A DNA stretch of 64,000 nucleotides from Octopus vulgaris (taxonomy: Eukaryota). Both the position numbers and the translations under genes were made by a program. Below are positions 53,685 to 64,000 of this stretch, in pieces. The notes beneath the pieces are model-generated. The model was not told the DNA's origin. It did no database searches and saw nothing but the letters and a program-made list of their open reading frames with translations. The stretch spans positions 12,028,001-12,092,000 of the forward strand of contig OX597839.1 of assembly GCA_951406725.2 (NCBI GenBank), in the 5' to 3' direction. Numbering within the stretch: position 1 is the stretch's first letter; the number at the start of each line of letters is the position of its first letter.

Positions 53685-53881
53685 TCGAAATGCTTAGCAG
53701 TATTTCGTCTGCCGCTACGTTCTGAGTTCAAATTCCACCGAGGTCGACTTTGCCTTTCATCCTTTCGGGGTCGATTAAATAAGTACCAGTTACGCACTGG
53801 GATCGATATAATCGACTTAATCCGTTTGTCTGTCCTTGTTTGTCTTCTCTGTGTTTAGCCCCTTGTGGGTAGTAAAGAAAT
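53685..53881 (+). mobile_element. SINE family B, slightly 5'-truncated
   Basis: cgaaatgcttagcagtatttcgtctgccgctacgttctgagttcaaattcc...gccccttgtgggtagtaaagaaat. Confidence 0.9.
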
Positions 53882-54592
53882 TTATATATATAAATATGAT
53901 GAAATTTTCAGGATCCGATAGAATTAAGTGTTCAAATAGTAAAAGCACTAATGTAGAGTCGAGGATAACTCACTAGTGCACTAACAACGTGGGCTGACAT
54001 ATACGTATTTACTAAAGAAAATACGGATTTGTCCCTCTAGTTATACACACGTTCACAAGTACTGACAGAATACACAACGTGTACTCACAGTCACACAAGG
54101 GTACACTTGCGGCACGTATTCCACAGTCGACTATAGGTTCCGGATCCAACACACGGAAGGTTCCGAGTTAGGGGAAGAACAAACGCTGACACAAATGGGT
54201 TGAGGTTTCCTAGAGCTGTTTTTTACCTGTTCTTTATTGATGAACAAAACTGTTATATTCCAAAAGAAATAAAACACATTTTCTTCTGGTGAATTATGAG
54301 TAAAATTTAACAGTTAGGATACTTCACGAAGATAAAGCTCATAGTGTAAGTTAGCCCTCCCATCTGAAGTCCGTCGTATATTCTCTTATTACATGGACTA
54401 AGCGGAGCAGCAGCACACACGAGGATGGAAAATGTTGCTGAAGAGGTTACAGGTGTGTGGCAAAAGATTTCCATACAATGGGCATGAGTTAGAATAAGAA
54501 CAGTAATAAACGAGGGAAGAACCAACATATAGTGCGTGTGTTTATTTGCCAAAAAAAAATGAGCATCCCGAAATACAACAATATATTAATAT

Positions 54593-54896
54593 ATCACGTG
54601 ATCATGTGACCGACCAGGCTATCAGATGTTGCTACACATCGCTGGTCACAATGCGCTTCGCATTGTTTTATCCATCAAGTGACACCACTCCGCTGGCTAA
54701 GCGAGCAACAGAAGAAAGAGTGAGAGAAGGTTGTGGCGAAAGAGTACAGCAAGGATCGCCACCACCCCCTGCCGGAGACTCGTGGAGCTTTAGGTGTTTC
54801 CACTCAATAATCAATCACAATGCCCGGTCTGGGAATCGAACCCACGAGCCTACGACCGCGAGTCCGCTGCCCTAAGCACTGGGCCATTGCGCCTCC
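54593..54896 (-). mobile_element. SINE family C, near full length
   Basis: Matches the reverse complement of 50519-50823. Confidence 0.9.
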
Positions 54897-56177
54897 ATAT
54901 ATATACATGTATATCATTAATTTGAAGCAATTTGCTGAACCCTAATTATAATTATGCTCATAATTATAAACTTTTTGTATATATACATATATATATACAA
55001 CGGACTTTCCTCCTACCAAATCCACTCACAAGGTTTTGGTCGGCCCGAAGCTATAACAGAAAGCATTTACCCAAGGTGCCACGTAATAGGTCTGAACCCG
55101 GAACACTATGGTTGGTAACTTATTTTCCTTGCTTCCCTCATATATTAAAAAAAAAATTTTCTTAACGTCCTTATTTAAAAAAAGAAACACCATTTTGTTC
55201 AGCTATTTAAGTCAATGTTGTATCCAAGTTACTTTCCCTTTTAGCTATGTTACTATAAACCGTTTTAATTTATTCAGTTATAAATTATTCATTTTTCTAA
55301 AACCAGAATTCTCCATTTCAATTTGCATACATTTACAATACAATTTAATTTTACTTTAACTTAAAATTCTATGACTTGTTAATTCTAAAGCACATTTTGC
55401 TGTCATTTTATTTTTGCTTTTTTTTTATAGTTTCTTCATTAATCTATTATTTATCTTTTATAAATGTATTTACGCGGATATGTTTACAATAACAAAATCT
55501 TAATAATACCTAAAAGTAATTTATCTCCCTTCATATGAACTCTTTATGCAAAAACAATTCAGCAATTTCTTTTAGTTGTTTTGGTAAACATCGATAAAAC
55601 ACGAAGATTTATTTTCATTTCTGTCAGTTGACAAACAGACACTTTGTATCGTTTTCCACTATACATTTGTATTCTCCATCTTCTTTCGTTTTTAGTCTTT
55701 TCCTCTCGCCCACTCAATTTTTTCTCTCCCCCCATCTCTCTTTTTGTTTGTTTTCATTTTCTATTTCTCTAAAAAGACTAAAAAAAGTTATCGCAAACTT
55801 ACTCCCTGTCAACTGTTCAAATACCTGACGAAATGGTTTGGTTATGCAATTCATATATAATACATAGTTTATCTATTTTATTCCATCGTCACACTCTTAA
55901 CCACTTTCACCTATACTACCCAGTTACTAAACGTCTTCATTTTAGAAAAAATAATTCGACTGTTACATAATCAGTTAGCTTGCCTTATTAGTAAAACTTA
56001 ATATAATTTAATTCCGTTCTAACGTCAAGTCAATTTCCATAAATCTGTCTTCTTAAAAATTGATAACGCATCGGAAAGATAATTTATAACTTGATGAAAT
56101 CTACGGATTAAATCACTACCGCAGAGAGTTACAAAATAACTCCTATACATACATATACAAACACACACACACACACA

Positions 56178-56232
<55 letters not shown>

Positions 56233-56273
56233 ATGTATGTATGTATGTATGTATGTATGTATGTATGTATGAA

Positions 56274-56478
56274 GGCGGCGAGCTGGCAGACACGTTAGCG
56301 CGCCGGGCGAAATGCTTAGCTGTATTTCGTCTGTCGTTACGTTCTGAGTTCAAATTCCGCCGAGGTCGACTTTGCCCTTCATCCTTTCGGGGTCGATAAA
56401 TAAAGTACCGACTTTATCCCTTTGACTGTCCTTGTTTGTCCCTTCTATGTTCAGCCCCTTGTGGGCAATAAAGAAATA
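56274..56478 (+). mobile_element. SINE family B with intact head and small internal deletion
   Basis: ggcggcgagctggcagacacgttagcgcgccgggcg...gccccttgtgggcaataaagaaata. Confidence 0.9.
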
Positions 56479-56499
56479 AATATATATATATATATACAC

Positions 56500-56569
<70 letters not shown>

Positions 56570-56570
<1 letters not shown>

Positions 56571-56760
56571 TTGTGTGTCTGTTGGCAACCGATGCTGGTG
56601 TGTTTACATCCCCGTAACTTAGCAGTTCGGCAAATAGAGACCGATAGAATAAGTACTAGGCTTACAAAGGATAAGTCCTGGGGTCAATTTGCTCGACTAA
56701 CAAGGTAGTGCTCCAGCATGGCCGCAGTCAAATGATTGAAACGAGTAAAAGAAAGAATAA
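56570..56760 (+). mobile_element. SINE family A, 3' half
   Basis: caaccgatgctggtgtgtttacatccccgtaacttagc...ccagcatggccgcagtcaaatga. Confidence 0.85.
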
Positions 56761-56879
56761 AGCAGCGGAATTTTAACTTGCTTCTCTTCCCATGAACAGG
56801 ACTGTCAATTGGACGTGTGATGTGACCAGCTGGACAAATCAAACGCAGCGATTTGCTGCAACCGATTTACCATGTCCAT

Positions 56880-57609
56880 CTTGCCAATGCCAGACTGCTC
56901 ACATTTTTACAGACGTTGCTGAGTTGGGCTGGGAAGTTTTGCCATGCCTTCCATGTTCACCCGACCTTGTGTCTTCAGATTTCCACCAGATAAAAGACGG
57001 AAACCACACGTCGGGCAAAAGCTCGCTCGATCTCGATTTTCAGTACGAATACGGACTGCGAAAGCGTGGCCCATCGATCCTTAAAAGATGTGTGCGCGCA
57101 TGCGCGGCTGTATTGCACAAAGCTTGCTACCCAACCAGATGGTTCTGGGTTCAATCCTACCGCGTGACATCTTGCGCAAGTGTCTTCAACTATAGCCTCA
57201 AGCCGACCAAAGCCCTGTGCGTGAATTAGGCAGACGGAAACTGAAAGAGGCTTGTCGTATATGTGCACATGTGTGTGAGCATATGTGTGTGTGTGCATGA
57301 TTGTATGCGTGTGCATGTGCCTTTGTGCCAGTGTGTGTCTCCCTCTTTGTGTGTGCCAGTGTATGTCTCTCTTTAAAATTCATTGAACGGACAGACCTTC
57401 AACTCTGAAGCGTATGTAAACATTCACCTGGAAGATTTTTTCGCCAGTAATGACAGGAAGTTCTTTGAGCAGAGAATAATGTCAACGTGATGCCGGAAGA
57501 TACTGAAACGAAACGGCAATTATATCACTGATTGAATAAATCGCCTTGTCTTTAAAACTTGTTTTATTTTCGCTTAGAAAGAGGAACGAACTTCTCGGGC
57601 AACCTATTA
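56880..57609 (+). mobile_element. Decayed mariner 3' half, interrupted by a SINE A head (~57095-57260)
   Basis: AELGWEVLPCLPCSPDLVSSDFH, then NSLNGQTFNSE...EDFFAS...RNGNYITD*. The end aacgaacttctcgggcaacctatta resembles the 33140-33170 TIR. Confidence 0.8.
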
Positions 57610-58032
57610 CTTCTGAGATGTTTGTGTAGGGCAAGGGAGTGAGAAAGCGATAGAGGGAGAAAAGGGGATATGGAGAGAGAGAGAGAGAGAAAGAGGGAGA
57701 GACAGGGGGAAAGTAGGGTGAAGAGAGAAAGGAGTAAAAGGAGTGGTTGACGGGCAATTAGGGGAGATGATGTTAGTGGTAATGGAGAAAATGGCAGCTT
57801 TGAATGCTAGATGACGTTGAGAAACTACTCAAGGTTCGTTAATTATTGTAATCAAACATGATCTTAACTAGAAAGAAATAATTATAAGTTAATTGGGATT
57901 ATTGGAGTTATTAGTACAAAGGGTGTGAGAAGTTTCGTTAAAGGTAGACATAAGTGGGATGAAGAGTTTGACTGGAGTTAAACGACGAGGATGATGGGAG
58001 GGGTCTGTGTAAATTGGATGTGAACAAAAGCT

Positions 58033-59356
<1,324 letters not shown>

Positions 59357-59915
59357 ATATCACAACAATTGTTTCACAACTTAAAACATGCAAAGATAGT
59401 TTATTTTATCATATTTTATAATAAGGAAATTAATTTCATGTCCGCATTAATATAAACAATCTTTAAATTAATGCAGATATTAAGCTAGCTCATCGGATGA
59501 GAGAAAAAATGTCCATGTTAAACAATTATCTCTTGATATAACGTTATTTGCATATAAGGGCTTATATGCCTATGCGAAGACTGGGTCCAGCGGTCTCCAC
59601 GCAAGAATCCTTCAAGGTTCATTGGAGGTGGAGACGCTTGCAGCAATGCATTGTGGCGAGCAGAGAGCCAGATGAGACGAGCAAGACATCTTTGTCATCC
59701 ACTGCGTCTGTCTCCATGCTCAGTCGTTTTGACGTGGTCTTGCCAGATTGAAGGTGGTTACGGATGAGAAAGCGAGGTTGACAGTGCGCAACTCATCATC
59801 ACTCTAAACAAAGTCAGAGCAAAAGTTATCAGCCATATCTAAGGATGACTAGAAGATCTCCGTCACTTCGACGGCCGAGCGTGCGCTAGGCACGCGCACT
59901 CACAAACGTATACAC

Positions 59916-60352
59916 ATCATCATCATCATTGTTCGACTTTGGTCGAGACAATGGAATTTACAATGTTACGCCAGACTTCACGGTCCATCATAGCATTACG
60001 GAGGTCCTGTTGCTGGATGCCTGTATCCCTGGAGATTACATCAGGTTAGGAGAGTGTGCGCCTTCTGGTATCGTGAGTAGATGGCTTCCAGAGGAAAAGA
60101 GTAGAAATTACCTCGTTTTCAACTCTACAACAATGTCCAGCAAACTGGACTCTTCTACCTTTCACAAGAGATGACACAGGTGGTAGTTTCCCATATATTT
60201 GTACTTTGGTTGGATGACGCTTTCACGAGAGATTTTTAGCTCTCATAAGGAGGCGAATGTCAGTTCCATCCAACCGCCGCTCAAGCTTCTTTGATAACGT
60301 CCAGGTTTCTGAGCCATATAGTTCGACTGTGGCTTTGAAGATTTTAAGTTTG
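59916..60352 (-). pseudogene. RTE/RTEX-like LINE 3' end with (TGA)n tail
   Basis: KLKIFKATVE/LYGSETWTLSKKLERRLDGT...QFAGHCCR...LWKP...DLRNAMMDREVWRNIV...* followed by tgatgatga. Confidence 0.88.
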
Positions 60353-61495
60353 AAATGCACACGCGCATTCGCATACACACAAATTCACATACACACGTAT
60401 TCGCATACACACATACACGCACACGCTAGCACGCACGCACACACACACACACACACCTGTGTGTATCTGTGAAAGACAAAGAAAGAGATAATAATTTTGT
60501 GAAAATTTTCGAAGGCATTACAAAATTAGCATTCTTCTAAGCCTTATTTTTTATATGGAGAGTTCTGTTGTGAAAAATTGTATCCTTCACATGCAACCGT
60601 ACGGTTATTTATTATTATACCAAATTGATATTTGTAGCAAAATACCATAATTATATATGAATTTCTCATCTATCCACAGGTTATATATTTTCACAGCATG
60701 GCTATATGTATAGTTACTTAAGACATGGTACATGATTTTCATATAAACATATACTGACTATAAATCATGCTGTGCTGGTAATTTCTGTTATTAAATCGTG
60801 GCCTGTAACTTAGAATCAATATGTAAATATTTGTCTGATTACGAGCACTTTCTGTACTAAAGTTTAGCAGAAGAACATATATTCTCTTGAACTTCGGTAG
60901 TTGATAATTGAACTTACTATTTCTGAGGAATTTTATTTAATACGGAACTAACAAGAGCTTATATTGCTTCTGTAGTGTAACATATTCGAAACCAAATCGC
61001 TGAATAGTTGAGTAAGTGTCACGCTATAATCACAGTCGTTTCACATGATCGGCCGATTAACTGACCAACCAGCATCGAGCAATTACTTGATTCGACTTTC
61101 TAGAACCTTCTAATGAGGCTTATAAGAGGGTGAATTTTTAGTGCCATACTTCAGAATGTCGAAGCTATAGCGGTAACAATTCCATCCCCGTTCCCATTTC
61201 AATCTCAAGTCGGTTCTAGATACAGAATTATGAGGCAGGTGTTTTAACAACTTCATACTCATGTTTCCATTCTCCAACCACACAGCGTGAAGATACAGAT
61301 TTGCCGTCACGAGTGAAGTACACTATTTCTCCAGTTGTGACGGCCTATGTAGCACACTGCCAAAGTAGTAATCTTGAGAAGTTTTGCTCTCGAAACCAGG
61401 AAAAAGAAGGCTGATCCAGCGAGTATAGATTGAAGCCATCAATGGAATCGTAAAATTCTGTAACACTTTTCAGAAGTTTATCATTTAAGTATATA

Positions 61496-62010
<515 letters not shown>

Positions 62011-62695
62011 TATATGCGCACATCTAGACATGCAACTGTATAAATCTGCACATGCACTTATTCCAAATACTGCACATGTACACATATACATGTAAAAATA
62101 CCCTGTTGATGTTGTTGCAATTCCAATGACGGAGCCTTGGATTTAGGTTAGAAATCAGTTCTTTCTCTATTGGTAAGAAATCTTGAAATAAAACTGCATA
62201 ATGACATACAGACATACATACATACATACATACATACACACATACATACATACATACATACATAGACCAACCTAAATAGCTTAAATAATACTTTTCTTTC
62301 CATTCCAGAGATCAATTACGTTGCTAATGATTGGTTTAAAAGGCAACCAGAGAGAAGACAGTTTAAATTGGAGTAAATCTACGCTGAATTAGATGATAAG
62401 GGATTAAAATATTTCAAAGATTTAAGGGAATTAACGGGAATTATTTGAGATTATGTTATGCAACACAACATACAGATGTGATTGTAATAACAACTTGGAC
62501 CGACCCAGTACCTTTGAAATATGTGTTTATGTTCATGCACATATAAATAAATAAAAAACTAAATTCGTTCTCGGTCGGTATCGACGACGAGTATTTCAAA
62601 CAATCAGTTCTAGGATGTCTGTTGATAGGTTAAAATCGAAGAATTTCAATCGACACGTGTTTGTTTTCGGTAAATATTTGGGATTTGATTTAAAC

Positions 62696-62989
62696 CAGTG
62701 GCGCTTAAAGTGGGCGGTACTGCCCCACTGAGGAGTGGGGCAGTGGAAATATCCAGCCGGTGGGGAACGGTACTGAAGAAAAGAGGGGGTGATAATGGAG
62801 TGGCCAAAAGGGGGCGATAGATGTAAGAAAAAGATCCCAAATAAAGGGTTAATTAGGTTACGTTTTATTTGTGAAATACAGTTGTTTTGAATTTGATGCA
62901 GAAAGTGGTCTCTGACTGTTGTGGTGTATGGTGGTGGTAGCGCGCTAAGAATGCGGCCAGGGCAGCTCGAAAAATTTTGGAAACCACTG
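62696..62989. mobile_element. hAT-type MITE
   Basis: Ends cagtgg / ccactg. 8-bp TSD atttaaac (62688-62695) / atttatac (62990-62997) matches at 7 of 8 positions. Confidence 0.75.
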
Positions 62990-63042
62990 ATTTATACTGT
63001 TACATGGAAAGAAACTGAAAAATACAATCATTTGCATTATAT

Positions 63043-63201
63043 ACATTATTTGCATTCGACGGAAATTTGCCCTCATCTCTTTTGTTGTTAACACAACGTT
63101 TCGGTTGATATACCCTCCAGCCTTCTTCAGATGTCTTGGGGGGAATTTGGAACATGGGTTCTCATTCCGAAGGTATTTTTCGATGTTGTTATTGTTGTTG
63201 C

Positions 63202-63290
<89 letters not shown>

Positions 63291-63641
63291 TCCTTACCTG
63301 GAATCGAACTCGGAATCTTGGGGTTAGTAGCCCGCGCATATGGCGTAGTGGTTAAGAGCGCGGGCCCAAAATTCCGAGTTCGATTCCAGGTAGCGACCTG
63401 AATATTAATAATAACAACAACAACAACAATAATAATAATAATAACAACAACAACAACATCGAAAAATACCTTAGGAACGAGAACCCATGTTCCAAATTTC
63501 CCCATGACGCCTGAAGAAGGCTGGAGGGTATATCAGCTGAAACGTTGTGTTTAACGACTAACAAGATGAGGACAAATATCCGTCGAATGTAAATAATGTA
63601 AATAATGTACATAATTCCTCATCTCTTAAATATAGAACTGT
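63043..63641. mobile_element. Head-to-head inverted dimer of a tRNA-headed SINE carrying a hammerhead-like motif
   Basis: Minus copy 63043-63337 and plus copy 63334-63641. A box tggcgtagtgg at 63341, B box gttcgattcc at 63378, internal (AAT/AAC)n, CTGAAGA...GAAAC motif. Flanked by atttgcattatat at 63030-63042 and 63642-63654. Confidence 0.85.
63506..63551 (+). ncRNA. Minimal hammerhead-like motif (mirror copy at 63090-63135, minus)
   Basis: gacgc-CTGAAGA-a-ggctg-gagggtatat-cagct-GAAAC-GTT-gtgtt. Stem II ggctg/cagcY; stem III is the palindrome aacgtt. Confidence 0.55.
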
Positions 63642-63877
63642 ATTTGCATTATATGTGTATTTAAAACAGCGATGGAATGCTGCCTTGTCCACGAGGAAAC
63701 TTTGTATTTTCAGTCATTCTATATACAGCGGAAACTGAGATAATTTCCAGTATAATAAGTCTCTAGGCTTGAGACAGACTTAACTCTTAATAGACGCTCT
63801 TGACCTCATCTACGCATATAATATAACAATATTTCCATACTCATTTTCATATAGCAATTTACGCCCCTCGTTAATCA

Positions 63878-63985
<108 letters not shown>

Positions 63986-64000
63986 AAAGAGAGAGAGAGA

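Noticed and set aside
63334-63400. Possible tRNA gene
   Set aside because: A and B boxes are present, but there is no acceptor stem and the anticodon arm is deleted; it is a SINE head. The same applies to the SINE A, B and C heads.

Overview
Highly AT-rich, microsatellite-saturated eukaryotic DNA. The SINE families and repeat landscape look like an octopus (cephalopod) intergenic or long-intron region; this is an inference from pattern recognition. No host protein-coding gene can be supported, and nearly all ORF-track entries are (TA)n/(CA)n/(TATG)n/(AAT)n artefacts. The window contains: (1) Dong/R4-type restriction-like-endonuclease non-LTR retrotransposons of several families stacked in (AAT)n tracts, including an uninterrupted 519-codon 5'-truncated ORF at 26831-28390; (2) three abundant tRNA-derived SINE families, here called A, B and C, with swappable tails; (3) RTE and probable Tx1 LINE relics; (4) mariner, maT, pogo and hAT DNA-transposon derivatives and two Helitron/Helentron-type elements; (5) Penelope-type inverted-repeat elements with minimal hammerhead-like motifs. 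The best candidate for something undescribed is at 63030-63654: a tRNA-promoter SINE carrying a hammerhead-like motif, present as a head-to-head inverted dimer inside one 13-bp direct repeat. Novelty cannot be established without database searches.
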